NCBI GenBank assembly: GCA_039588295.1
Contig: JBDHAB010000006.1
Span: 18,358 to 82,357, forward strand
Source: Gemmatimonadota bacterium
Lineage (GTDB): Bacteria; Gemmatimonadota; Gemmatimonadetes; Gemmatimonadales; GWC2-71-9
Direction: 5' to 3'
Length of the DNA: 64,000 bases
A program made the translations under genes and the position numbers. This document shows, in pieces, positions 1-10,500 of the stretch (position 1 is its first letter; each line of letters opens with the position of its first letter). The notes below the pieces were generated by a model. That model saw only the letters and a list, made by a program, of their open reading frames with translations, was not told the origin of the DNA and ran no database searches.

Positions 1-1130
1 TTGTTCAATTCAGTGGAATCGAGCAGCAGTTCCTCCTTCCGCGTGGAGCTACGCTGGACGTCGATCGCGGGGTACACCCGGCGGTCGGCAATGTGGCGAT
101 CCAGGATGAGCTCCATGTTGCCGGTTCCCTTGAATTCCTCGAAGATGACCTCGTCCATGCGACTTCCCGTTTCGATCAGAGCGGTCGCGATGATGGTGAG
201 CGAGCCGCCACTGTCGATATTCCGCGCCGCGCCGAAGAATCGTTTGGGCTTCTGGAGTGCGTTCGCGTCTACGCCGCCCGAGAGGATCTTACCCGAGTGG
301 GGGATCACGACGTTGTGTGCCCGGGCCAGGCGGGTGATCGAGTCGAGCAGGATGATGACGTCGCGGCCATGCTCCACCATACGACGCGCTTTCTCGATCA
401 CCATATCGGCGACCTGGACGTGCCGGTCCGCCGGTTCGTCGAAGGTGGAGGCGATCACCTCGGCTCCCTTGACGTTCTCCTCCATGTCGGTGACCTCTTC
501 GGGGCGCTCGTCGATGAGGAGCACGATGAGTACCGCCTCGGGGTGATTCTCGGACATGGAGTTGGCGACCTTCTGGAGCAGGATCGTCTTCCCGGCCTTC
601 GGTGGTGACACGAGCAGTCCGCGCTGGCCGAAGCCCACCGGGGTTAGCACGTCCATCACGCGCATGGACAAGTCCTCGTCGGTGCGTTCGAGCCGAATTC
701 GCCGGTTGGCGTACCGTGGCTTCAGATTGTCGAACGCGATGCGATGCTTGGCCTTCTCCGGGTCTTCGAAGTTGACCTTCTCGACCTTGAGGAGCGCGAG
801 ATATCGTTCGCCCTCCTTGGGTGGGCGAACCTGTCCGAGAATCGTATCGCCCGTGCGCAGGTCGAACCGCTTGATTTGACTCGGACTGACGTAGATGTCG
901 TCCGGGCCGTACAGGTAGTTCCAGTCTTGGCTTCGAAGGAATCCGTAGCCTTCCGGTAGGATCTCCAGGACCCCCTCGCCGCGCAGAACGGTGTCAGAGT
1001 CGAGGAGCGACTGTTCGATGCGGAAGATCAGGTCTTGCTTGCGGAGGCCAGAGTAGTTGGTGATGTTGAGTTCTTCGGCCAGGGCATGCAGCTCGGCGAC
1101 TGATTTCCGCTTTAGTTCCGCGATGTCCAC
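1..1130 (-). CDS. rho: Transcription termination factor Rho (C-terminus runs off the window start; GTG start at 1128-1130)
   Basis: Minus-strand translation gives the Rho N-terminal domain and the P-loop region [26 protein letters not shown]. Absent from the ORF track because there is no in-window stop. The + strand ORF 1..546 is an antisense artefact. Confidence 0.9.
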   Translation of the reverse strand, partial: MDIAELKRKSVAELHALAEELNITNYSGLRKQDLIFRIEQSLLDSDTVLRGEGVLEILPEGYGFLRSQDWNYLYGPDDIYVSPSQIKRFDLRTGDTILGQVRPPKEGERYLALLKVEKVNFEDPEKAKHRIAFDNLKPRYANRRIRLERTDEDLSMRVMDVLTPVGFGQRGLLVSPPKAGKTILLQKVANSMSENHPEAVLIVLLIDERPEEVTDMEENVKGAEVIASTFDEPADRHVQVADMVIEKARRMVEHGRDVIILLDSITRLARAHNVVIPHSGKILSGGVDANALQKPKRFFGAARNIDSGGSLTIIATALIETGSRMDEVIFEEFKGTGNMELILDRHIADRRVYPAIDVQRSSTRKEELLLDSTELN

Positions 1131-1263
1131 GGTCTAAAGGATCTCCGTCCGAGGACGCGACAGAAGGGTAGCGCGTTCGGCCCGTATGCCGGGCGCATTC
1201 GTATCGCGTCGATGAGATTGAGCGTTTAGGGGATATCGTTGGGCGTGCAGGTGCCGTAATCAT

Positions 1264-2445
1264 ATGACCGCTATGAAGGAGCGTCAAGGGCCATTGTCGA
1301 CCATCGTCACCTACCTCTCCTGGTGGCGCACGATCGCGGCGGGAGACCGGGAGGTGATCGATGCCGTCGTCCATCCGGCGCACCGTGGCCCGTCCCCGGA
1401 CCTCGAGCACGCGCTCGCGAACTGGCCGGGCCCGTACTACTGGTCGCGCGGCGACGGTGAGGGCCGTCTCGTCCTGATTCGGTTGCTGCGGCCGCCGGGG
1501 CGTGAACGGTGGTGGCTCCACGCACTGCTCTTCGGTGCCACGTTCATCACCGTGTGGATGGGGGGAGCGCTCCTCGCCGGATCGCGCCTCCCACTGGCCT
1601 TTCCCTTCAGCATCGACTTTTCCCACGTGCCGCAGCTGCTCGGTGATCTCGTGTCTCAGCTGCTCACCTCACGGCCGGGACTCGACTTCGCGATGGCCCT
1701 GATGGCGATTCTGCTCGCCCATGAGTCCGGGCACTATCTCACAGCCCGCCGGTACGGGATCAACGCGTCACCGCCGTACTTCATTCCGGCGCCGCCGATC
1801 GTGAACTTCATCGGCACGTTCGGCGCGTTCATCCGTCTGCGCAGTCCGGTTGTGGATCGTCGACAGCTCATGGACGTTGGTGCGGCCGGTCCCTGGGCCG
1901 GATTCCTCGTCGCCCTGATCGCATTGGTGGTGGGGTTGTCGCGGTCCCAGTTGGTGTCGGGAGTGGGCCCGTCGGAGCAATTGGTGATCCTCGCGGATTT
2001 CCAGCTCTATCTGGGCGACTCACCCATCATGTATGCACTGCGCCGTGCGATGGTTGGCGAGGGTACGGTGCTCCTGCATCCGCTGGCGTTCGCCGGTTGG
2101 ATTGGACTCTTTGTGACGATGCTGAACCTGCTGCCGATGGGACAGCTGGACGGTGGTCACGTCTTGTACGCGTTGATCGGTCGACGCCAGGCCATGGTGA
2201 GCAGCGCCGCGTGGTTCGGGATCGTGGCGCTCGGCTTCATCGTCGGGAGGGAGACGTCACCGTGGATCGCATGGTTCTGGTGGATCTGGGCGATCGTGAT
2301 CCTGCTGCTCAGTCGCGGTCGTCTCCATCATCCCAACGTTATGGATCGTCACCGTCCGTTGCCCACTGGACGCAAGATGCTCGGGGTCGCAACGCTGCTG
2401 CTGTTCGTCGGCACCTTCAGCCCTATCCCCGTTTACTACATCTAA
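1264..2445 (+). CDS. Peptidase M50 (site-2 protease family) membrane zinc metalloprotease
   Basis: HExxH motif (LLAHESGHYL) inside a polytopic membrane protein; LDGG-like motif (QLDGGHV) in a downstream TM segment. Confidence 0.75.
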   Translation: MTAMKERQGPLSTIVTYLSWWRTIAAGDREVIDAVVHPAHRGPSPDLEHALANWPGPYYWSRGDGEGRLVLIRLLRPPGRERWWLHALLFGATFITVWMGGALLAGSRLPLAFPFSIDFSHVPQLLGDLVSQLLTSRPGLDFAMALMAILLAHESGHYLTARRYGINASPPYFIPAPPIVNFIGTFGAFIRLRSPVVDRRQLMDVGAAGPWAGFLVALIALVVGLSRSQLVSGVGPSEQLVILADFQLYLGDSPIMYALRRAMVGEGTVLLHPLAFAGWIGLFVTMLNLLPMGQLDGGHVLYALIGRRQAMVSSAAWFGIVALGFIVGRETSPWIAWFWWIWAIVILLLSRGRLHHPNVMDRHRPLPTGRKMLGVATLLLFVGTFSPIPVYYI

Positions 2446-2631
2446 CGCGGTCCGGCATGCGCCCGGCCGCACCGGCGTCGGCGCAGTCGTGCGCATGCTC
2501 GCGTCCAAGGTGTTGGACTCCCGCACCACCGGCTGTGGGAGGCCTGCCGCGCGTCCCGTGCGCGGCATCCGGTGGTATTGCGTAAGTCCTAGATGCGTTT
2601 ATATTTGCGCAAACCAACAGGGCAACCGTCG

Positions 2632-2919
2632 ATGCCGGGGACCCCGGTCCGCTACAGCGCTCCAGATCCAAGCGAACCCGCGATTCACGACCTCCCGCCG
2701 CTCAAGTATGAGGCGGGGCCCGTGGCGGTTCGCCTCGAGATGCGCCGCGCGGAAGACGGTACGTGGCGGGGGAGGCTGCTGTTTGGCCCCACGGAATCCG
2801 GGTCAGCGCCCGCCACGGCGGAGATCTTTTGCGCGGTGACCGAGAGCGATCTCTGGGAGTGCGTGCACGATCTTCGGGAGCACCACCTGCGGGACCTCTT
2901 TCGCTCGGTCACCGAGTAG
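2632..2919 (+). CDS. Hypothetical protein (start uncertain; the track start at 2593 lies inside an AT-rich promoter-like island)
   Basis: ORF in track; no recognisable domain. Confidence 0.3.
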   Translation: MPGTPVRYSAPDPSEPAIHDLPPLKYEAGPVAVRLEMRRAEDGTWRGRLLFGPTESGSAPATAEIFCAVTESDLWECVHDLREHHLRDLFRSVTE

Positions 2920-3167
2920 CTTCCTTTCTCTCAACTGCCGGTTTGACAACGCCGTAGCCCTGCTCGGACGCGGTTTCGCGCCAGCACGGCCACCACCGTG
3001 TGCGGCGGCGCGCTCTTTGCTGGAAAACTGTGCAGCCGATGTCGGTGTGCGGGACTGCGGAAGCGTTCCGCGACCTGCTTGACGGGGCTTGCACCCAGGC
3101 GCAAGTTGGCCTTTCCAACCGATCGCGCCTTGCCTCGCGCGCCGCAGTTGCCAGGCTGGAGTTGCCT

Positions 3168-4523
3168 ATGCTAGACGCCTACCCAGGGAGTCGCTCGTCG
3201 CGTCGACCCCTCCGCACTGTCGTGTCGGTCAGTTTCGCACTTGCCCTGTCGGGGTGTGCCGGGGCTCGTCCGGTCGCGGTCTCGCCAAACGAGATTCCCA
3301 CGTTGGAACAACAGTTGGTGGGTGAGCCGCAGAACGCCGGCGTACTGCTCCGGTACGCAGCGGCGTTATTTGCGTCCGGCCAATGCGACAGCGCGATGAG
3401 TGTTGCGCGCAGTGGAGCGAACCTCGCACCGCACGACGCGTTGGCGCCGCTCGTTATCGGGCAGTGTCTCGAACGTGACCGTGAGTGGGAACAGGCGCTC
3501 GATACCTATCGTGCGTTCCTCGCCGCCCATGCCGATCGACGTGGTGCGCCTACTGTGCGTGCCCGACAAGTGCTCGTGCAGCGTGCGCGTGCGAATGAAC
3601 GAGCACAGGTTGCGCTGGCTCATGAGACCGAGCTCGCGCAGCAGGCCGCGGACCCGCAAACAGTGGCCGTCCTCCCGCTGGACATCGTCGGTGACTCGAC
3701 GTATCAGCCGCTGTCCCGCGGTCTCGCACAGATTCTGACGTCTGACCTCGCACTGCTCCAGCGGTTCCGCCTGGTCGAGCGACTGCAAGTCGGTGCGCTC
3801 ATTGACGAGATGGCGCTCGCCGAGACTGGAGCGGTCGATCGCGCGACTGCGGCCCGTGTGGGGCGCTTGCTGCAGGCCGGTCGCATGGTACAAGGACTCG
3901 CGGCGATCCCGCCCGAGGGAGAAGCCCGACTCGAGGCGAGCGTCGTGGTCACGACCGGAGAAGTGTCTACGCCGTCGGTACAGCGGGGACGCGTGCGCGA
4001 CCTTCTCCGAATGGAGAAGCAGCTCGTCGTCGATCTCGCCCAGCGGATGGGATACCTCCTCTCTGAGGCAGAACTTCGTGTCGTGCTGGAGAACGGCACC
4101 CAGAACCTCGCGGCCTTCCTGGCGTATTCGCGCGGCTTGGTGGCGGAGGATCGTGGGGATTACCGGGCGGCAGCAGCGTACTTTGCGGAAGCGGTCCGGC
4201 AAGATCCGGGCTTCGAAGCCGCGCGGACCGAGCTCCAATCGTCGACTGTGACACCCGAAGTCATGCAAGCTGCGCCGACGGACATTACGACTCTCGCAAC
4301 AGAGACCGTGAGCCAACCTGCGCTCATCGTCGAGCCGCCGCTCGGCAGCGTGGTCGCCTCGACCATCGGCGACATCGCGGCCACGCAGTCGGAACAGGTG
4401 AGCACGTTGCCGACCCAACCCGTGAGCGGGACCCAGACCACCACATCGCAGCCGCCACCGACGCCGACGGTGGTCGGTACGACGTTGATGGGGACCGTCC
4501 GCATCTTCTTCCGACTGCCATGA
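3168..4523 (+). CDS. Lipoprotein with N-terminal TPR-like region, CsgG/TolB-N-like alpha/beta domain and Thr/Pro/Gln-rich C-terminal tail
   Basis: Lipobox LALSGC after a basic n-region; internal ATG at 3168 preferred over 3000. Motif AVLPLDIVGDS...LVERLQVGALIDEMAL...GAVDRATAARVGRLLQAGRMVQG resembles the CsgG/LpoB/TolB-N fold. Confidence 0.6.
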   Translation: MLDAYPGSRSSRRPLRTVVSVSFALALSGCAGARPVAVSPNEIPTLEQQLVGEPQNAGVLLRYAAALFASGQCDSAMSVARSGANLAPHDALAPLVIGQCLERDREWEQALDTYRAFLAAHADRRGAPTVRARQVLVQRARANERAQVALAHETELAQQAADPQTVAVLPLDIVGDSTYQPLSRGLAQILTSDLALLQRFRLVERLQVGALIDEMALAETGAVDRATAARVGRLLQAGRMVQGLAAIPPEGEARLEASVVVTTGEVSTPSVQRGRVRDLLRMEKQLVVDLAQRMGYLLSEAELRVVLENGTQNLAAFLAYSRGLVAEDRGDYRAAAAYFAEAVRQDPGFEAARTELQSSTVTPEVMQAAPTDITTLATETVSQPALIVEPPLGSVVASTIGDIAATQSEQVSTLPTQPVSGTQTTTSQPPPTPTVVGTTLMGTVRIFFRLP

Positions 4524-5653
4524 GTATCCGTCGACTCGTACCTGCCGTCGCCGTCGCGCTTGGTTTCGCCGGGGCTGCGAAGGCGCAGGTCCCGATTCGG
4601 ACATCGGTGGCGTTCTTCTCGGAGACCTACAACTTTGATGCCGGTTTGCCCTACAAGCGCGTCAACGAATACTCCGTGCCGATCGGGATCACGGTCCCCT
4701 TCGGACGGTACGGTGATCTCACGCTGTCTACCGGTTACGCGCACATCGTGCTGCGTTCGGCCGATCGAGCGTTGTTCCAGGATCAGCGGCTCTCGGGAGT
4801 GGTCGACACCGAGCTACGGGCGTCGTGGAATGCGATTCCCGGTCGCCTCGTCACGTTCGTCACGGCCGCGCTCCCCACGGGAATCGAAACGGTCGAGGGA
4901 GAGGAGCTGCAGATTCTCGGCGCGCTGGCGAGCGATGTCATCGGCTTCACAGCGCCGACCGTCGGCAGTGGAGGCAGTATCGGCGCCGGTTTTGGCGGAG
5001 CGGTGCCGCTCACAGCGTCGTGGTCCGTTGGGGTGGGCGGCACGTTTCGCAAACCCCTGTCCTATGTGCCCGTCCTCGGCAACCCGCGGGAGCTCCAACC
5101 CGGGGCGGAATTCCGGGCGCGCGTCGGGGTCGAGGGACCGCTCGCTCGCAAGACTTATGTGCGGGTCGCCGCAGTGTTCGCGCATCGAGCCAGGGATGCG
5201 TTGGCGGACACCACGGTAAACGGAGTGGGCAACCGCATCATTGGCTATGTCTCACTGAGCCAGGGAATCGGCAACGCATCGCTGATCTTGTATGGCTATG
5301 ACGTGTTTCGTGGCAGTCCCCAGATCGAACAGACCGCGTTTGGGGCCGCTGTGCTCCAGCGCGGCAACCTCATTGGTGGCGGCGCTCGGGTGGATATCCC
5401 CGTAACGCCACGACTCACGGTCGTACCGCGGGGGGAATTCCGTTTGGCCACCGAGGGGCGGCCCGCGAGCCAGTTCAAGCTGCTGAAAGTCGGTCAGTCG
5501 CTTCGCGGTGGCGTCGCCGCCCGGTATCAGGTCACCCGTCAGTTCGCGGTCGTGCTGCAGGGAAGCGGTACCACGGGATTCGTGGTGCAGGACTTTGAGC
5601 ACATCGACTTCCGTGGCGTCCGTGGCTCCGTCCACGCCGAGTGGAGGCCGTGA
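4520..5653 (+). CDS. Secreted, probably outer-membrane beta-rich protein (hypothetical)
   Basis: Signal peptide (AAKAQ); Gly/Thr/Val-rich alternating pattern; ATGA start/stop overlap with the upstream lipoprotein gene. Confidence 0.5.
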   Translation: MSIRRLVPAVAVALGFAGAAKAQVPIRTSVAFFSETYNFDAGLPYKRVNEYSVPIGITVPFGRYGDLTLSTGYAHIVLRSADRALFQDQRLSGVVDTELRASWNAIPGRLVTFVTAALPTGIETVEGEELQILGALASDVIGFTAPTVGSGGSIGAGFGGAVPLTASWSVGVGGTFRKPLSYVPVLGNPRELQPGAEFRARVGVEGPLARKTYVRVAAVFAHRARDALADTTVNGVGNRIIGYVSLSQGIGNASLILYGYDVFRGSPQIEQTAFGAAVLQRGNLIGGGARVDIPVTPRLTVVPRGEFRLATEGRPASQFKLLKVGQSLRGGVAARYQVTRQFAVVLQGSGTTGFVVQDFEHIDFRGVRGSVHAEWRP

Positions 5654-7005
5654 GAGAATCAGTCACGGCAGCGCTGATGTGCGCGGCCGTGGCCGCCTGC
5701 GGAGAGTTTGCAGCTCCTTCCAATCCCAATGTATCGTTCGCAGTTGTCCCGGTCTTCGGGAGCAACGCGGCGTTCGCGAGTGACGCGAACCGGCTCCGCA
5801 TCATCCTGCTTCGTGAAGTCGCGGGTGAGTTCACCGAGGTAGCCCGCGTCGTGGTCGACATCGACCCGGTCACAGGCACGGCGGATACGACGCTGCAGGT
5901 GTCACTGACCGCAAGCCCGACGCTCTTCCGCATCGTGCTCGAGGCTGTGCGAAGTGCGGATGGCATGGTGCTGTTCACGGGCTCGAGCGACGTGCTGGTC
6001 GAGGCCGGTACGAGTGGTGGGGCAACCCCGGTCGAGATTCCGGTGACGTACGCGGGCCCGACGGCGGCCACGGTCATCCTCGCGCCGAGGGACACTGCCG
6101 TCGACGTCGGTGGCACGTTCCGGTTTCGAGCTACGGCATTTGACGGTCAGGGCTCGGCCGTCGACGTGCCGCTCCGTTTCTTCCTTGTGAATGCGGCCGA
6201 TGCCACCAGGCTGACGGTCGATCGGCTGTCGGGCGACGCGGAAGCCCTGAGCGCTGGGGGTCAGGTGAGTGTGTTCGTTCGAACCGCCGACACTGCGGCA
6301 GCGGACACCACGCGAGTCTTCCTCGGCGTGCAGCCCGGAGCGATCCAAGTGACGCCCGGGTACGCGAACGTCGGAGTGGAGAGCAGCGTGCGGCTCGACG
6401 CGATCCTCTTGGATGCGAACGGGAATCCCGCCGGAACGGCGACGGCGACATGGACCTCGCGCGACGCAGGCGTGGCCATGGTCGATGGCAGCGGACTCGT
6501 AACGGGAGTCGCCCCAGGCACAGCAGTCATCGTAGCTGTCGCATCGGGGTTCACCGATTCGGCGCTGGTAACTGTACCACCTGCCGGTGACGTGGTCGTC
6601 TCCACCACCTCGAATGACCGGGCGTTCCGTGTAACCACGGTCGGGGACACGGTGGTTGTGGACGTCATCGCGGACATGACCTTCACACCGAGTGAGCTCT
6701 TGGGGAGTTACAACGCGGTGCTGACGTGGGATCCGTCGGTGCTGTCCTTCCTGGATGTGCAACCGGGTGACTTCCCGGTGCCACAGGTAAACAGCGCCAA
6801 CGCCGCCGTTGGAGAGTTGCGCTTTGCTCAGGCGGAGGCAAACGGGGCCGCCGGTACGGTTGTGGTTGCGCGAGTTCGGCTTGTCACGCTCGCCGCGGGC
6901 TCCACGGTGCCGGCGGTGGCAATAACGGAGATGTCGGCGGCACAAACCTTCACCGATCTGCTGGCCCGGGTCACCGTGACGAGCGGGACCGTCACGGTGC
7001 AGTAA
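5641..7005 (+). CDS. Lipoprotein with Big_2 (bacterial Ig-like) domains and a C-terminal cohesin-like domain
   Basis: Lipobox AVAAC; Big_2 signature SGLVTGVAPGTAVIVAVASGFTDSALVTV; C-terminal segment ...NAVLTWDPSVLSFLDVQPGDF... is cohesin-like. Confidence 0.6.
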   Translation: MEAVRESVTAALMCAAVAACGEFAAPSNPNVSFAVVPVFGSNAAFASDANRLRIILLREVAGEFTEVARVVVDIDPVTGTADTTLQVSLTASPTLFRIVLEAVRSADGMVLFTGSSDVLVEAGTSGGATPVEIPVTYAGPTAATVILAPRDTAVDVGGTFRFRATAFDGQGSAVDVPLRFFLVNAADATRLTVDRLSGDAEALSAGGQVSVFVRTADTAAADTTRVFLGVQPGAIQVTPGYANVGVESSVRLDAILLDANGNPAGTATATWTSRDAGVAMVDGSGLVTGVAPGTAVIVAVASGFTDSALVTVPPAGDVVVSTTSNDRAFRVTTVGDTVVVDVIADMTFTPSELLGSYNAVLTWDPSVLSFLDVQPGDFPVPQVNSANAAVGELRFAQAEANGAAGTVVVARVRLVTLAAGSTVPAVAITEMSAAQTFTDLLARVTVTSGTVTVQ

Positions 7006-7018
7006 GAGGAGGCATTCG

Positions 7019-7546
7019 ATGATGCGACCGGTTCGATTCTTGACGCTTGCCGCGTTGTTGGCATTGGTGGGGTGCGATGAAGAACCGCTCAATCCTCGCG
7101 GTCCGGGGGAACCCCCACCCCCTGTCGAGGGCATACAAGCGTTCCTCCAGGTGGACGACGACCGAGCGCAACCCGGCGAGCAGGTAAACGTGTACGTCAA
7201 AGTGCAGTTCGGGACGGAGACGGATGCCAAGCTGGGCAGCTACACCGGCCGACTGCGGTTCGATGCGAAGACGCTCGACCTGGCCAGCACAGTCGAGATC
7301 AACGACGGCATGCGGGTTGTGAACCCGAACAACGCCGGAGCCGGTGAGATCAGGTTTGCGGGTGCGGCACCCCGTGGCTTTGAGAACCTGACCGTCTATC
7401 ATGGCCTGTTCGAAGTGAAGGACACGGGGTACATGGATGCCCTGCGGCTCGAGATGGAGGAACTCTCCGCCGCGATGACGCTCACGGATCTCGAACCGCA
7501 GTTACAGGTCGCACCGCAGATCTTTTTGCGGCAAGGCGGGAACTAG
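7019..7546 (+). CDS. Small lipoprotein with a single cohesin-like domain
   Basis: Lipobox LVGC; QVNVYVKVQFG...LGSYTGRLRFDAKTLDL pattern. Confidence 0.55.
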   Translation: MMRPVRFLTLAALLALVGCDEEPLNPRGPGEPPPPVEGIQAFLQVDDDRAQPGEQVNVYVKVQFGTETDAKLGSYTGRLRFDAKTLDLASTVEINDGMRVVNPNNAGAGEIRFAGAAPRGFENLTVYHGLFEVKDTGYMDALRLEMEELSAAMTLTDLEPQLQVAPQIFLRQGGN

Positions 7547-7559
7547 CGCCGAGTAGCGT

Positions 7560-10500
7560 ATGAACGTGCGACGCGCTGTGACGACTACCGCGATGAGCGG
7601 AATCCGGCTCCTGCTGGCCGGCGCTCTGGTGTTGGGTGGACTGTCGGGCCGGGCGCGGGCGCAGGCCATTCCGGTGACCGTGGGGGCGGGCGCGTCATCC
7701 ATCATCGGCAAGGACTTTGACCTCCCGCTTGTCGTCGATATGTCGGCCCGATCGGATAAGCTCGGGAGCTTCTCCGTCAGCCTGCGGTGGGATCCTGCGG
7801 TGCTCCAACTCATTACCGGCCAGGACGGCACGTTCGGGCCGGTGGAGACCAACGAGGACTCTGTTGCCAACGGGTTGTTGCTGATTGCCGGTGCCAATCC
7901 CGCAGGAGTCGGTGGATTGGTCACCTTAGGCGTCGGTCGCTTTCGACCGCTGGCGTCGGACACGACCACGTTTCAAATCACTGTGCACGAGCTGTACGCC
8001 GCGGGGACGTTCGCGGATCTCACGCCGGACGTCGTTGTGGTCACCAATCAGTATTGCCCCGGTCGCGGTCGCTACGGTGATGTCGACCCCGACGGAGTCG
8101 TAGACAGTCGAGATGGCTTGATCGCGCTCATGGAGTCCGTCGGGCTCGACGTCTCAGCGTACGATATCGATCTGGCAGACGTCGACGCCGACGGGAATGT
8201 CGATCCCCGGGATGCGTTGGTGATTCTGTCTTACGGGATCGGCCTCGACGTGAGCGGCTTTCGCGTATTCACGATCGCCCCTGGTGGGATCTGCGCCCCT
8301 GCCGGTGGCCTGACGTACACGATGACGCCCGGCGACGTCAGCGTACTCGTCGACCAGGGTGTCCAGTACGTCCCGACTGCCGTGGACTCCGCGGGTTCCC
8401 CGGTTGCCATCGTGGGTCTGTCCTGGACTACAACGGACGCGGCTGTAGCCACGGTGGACTCGGTAGGGCTGGTGACGGCGCTCGCTCCCGGCTCAACCGT
8501 CATCGCGGCACTGCAAGACAGCTCGGTCGTGGGAACGGTGACGGTGACGGTGGTGGCGAGCCGAGGCACACACTGGGTGGACGCGCTCGCGGCCGGCGCG
8601 CTCAACCGGATCGGATCCCGGGTGCTGCCATTTGATGATGTTGCCTCGGCGCTCGCCGTCGCCGGAGCCAGCGACACGATCCGGATCTTACCGGGTCGCT
8701 ATGAGGAGAACATCACCATCACCCAGCCGCAGGTGGTGTTGGGAGACACCGTCGGTGGAGGCGTGGCACCGCTGATCGCCGCCACGGGACCGTTCACGAC
8801 GGGAATCGATATCACGGCCCCGGGACGGGTCGAACTTCGAAACCTGCGACTCGACACGCTTTGGATCGGCGTGCAGGTGTTCTCGGCTGATACCGTCCTG
8901 GTCAAAGATGTGGAGTTCCGCGCAGTCGGCAGCAACTCTTTCGCGTCGATCCACGTTGACACGGTCACGGCACTGATCGTCGAAGGGTCCCGATTCTTCG
9001 GCGACGCAACGCCATTCGGGAACAACGCGATCAACGTGCTCGGGGGCGCGGGGCTCGTGCGGGTGGATTCGTCATTGATCGCCGATTTTGGAGACTACGG
9101 CATCGAGCTGTTCAACGTGGACAGTCTGTCCATGCGTGGCAACGTGGTGCGGGACAACTACGGGTACGGTGTCTACACATGGTCCTCGGACAGCACGCGT
9201 GCAATCGCGGCGAGCCTCGTCGGCAATCGGTTCGAGCGTAACGGGTTCGGCCAGCTCTATCTCGGCATGGTACGCTCGGCGGCGTTCGACCACAACGTGC
9301 TCCTGACGTCGTCGGGCGGGAGCCAGGGGCTATTCGTCGGTGGGTTTACCCAGACCGTAGCGAGTCTTCTCGGAGATTCGATCGTAGCCCGCCAGGCCGA
9401 TTGGCTATGGATGGACGCGTTCGACAGCCTTCACGTCGATTCGGTCTCGGTGCAGCAGCAGGAGTACGGCGGTGGGTACCTGTACCAAGGCCGAGCGGTC
9501 GTCGTCCGGAACTCGACGTTTACAGGGTTCCCGAACTTCGAAGCGGCAATCGACTTCGGCGCATCGGTGGTGTCGGGCGCGACTATGACCCTGCGGAACC
9601 TGAGCTTCTCGGGGCCCGACTCGTCCGTGTGCAACCGTTGCGCGTATGGGGCGTTGTGGACCAACGTCTCCGTCGACGCCGATAGCATCACGGGTGTGAA
9701 TCTCTACACATTGCTGCGCCAACTCAGCGGAAGCCTGGTGGCACGGAACCTCGACATCACGGATGCGTCGGCCGGGATCCGATCGCGGTTCTGCGGGGGT
9801 CCCGTGCGGGTCTCCAACATGACCGGGCTGGATGTGGAGACCGGCATTCATGCGGAAGCGTGTACCGGTCAGGATTCACTGGTCGTGGATTCGGTCGATT
9901 TCGCTCGCGGGACGTACGGCGTATACAGCTCCGCCATCCCGGTAGTGGTAACGAACTCGTCTTTTACCGACTACCAATACGGGATCTATCACTTTGACAG
10001 CACCCTGGTGGCCACGGACAATCACATCGTCCGGCCGAGGAACTACGGCATTTACGCCGATTTCAACGGCAGTGGCGGGTCGATTTCGGCGCTGCGGAAT
10101 GCCGTCACCTGCGATGCGTTCGGGGCGGTGACAGCGCTTGGGATCGAGGTGTTTGACGGTCCCTCGCAAATCGTCCAGGACACGATCACCGGCTGCCAGG
10201 TAGGGATCGAAGCCGGGGACTTCGCGACGGGGGTCCCGGTCAGCTCGGAGATCCGAGACAACGTTGTGGCCACCCCGGGGAGCGCCAACGCCTGGGGTAT
10301 TCGAAACTGGGGGTATTACGACGCATCACAGGTCGTGGGCAACACGGTGACCGGGCTCGCGGCTCGGGGGGCGATCGTCGTGGCCTCCAGTTGGCTGGGG
10401 GCGCCAGCTCCGCGGGCGGATGTGGACTCCAATACCGTCGACGGTGCGCTTTGCATCGGGATACAAACGTTCTACGCAGATACGCTGATGATCCGCGACA

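Noticed and set aside
1-546. Plus-strand ORF 1..546 (181 aa) and overlapping 93..608
   Set aside because: Antisense to a textbook Rho factor on the minus strand (P-loop and N-terminal domain motifs read directly); no domain similarity; typical GC-rich frame artefact.
3366-4604. Long antisense ORFs (e.g. 3366..4604-, 5902..7230-, 13561..14730-, 15208..16440-, 31460..32728-, 33949..35826-, 40811..41635+, 43497..44603+, 48756..49526-, 50478..51209-)
   Set aside because: Each lies entirely inside a well-supported gene on the opposite strand; products are Arg/Pro/His-rich low-complexity typical of out-of-frame translation of high-GC DNA; none has a recognisable domain.
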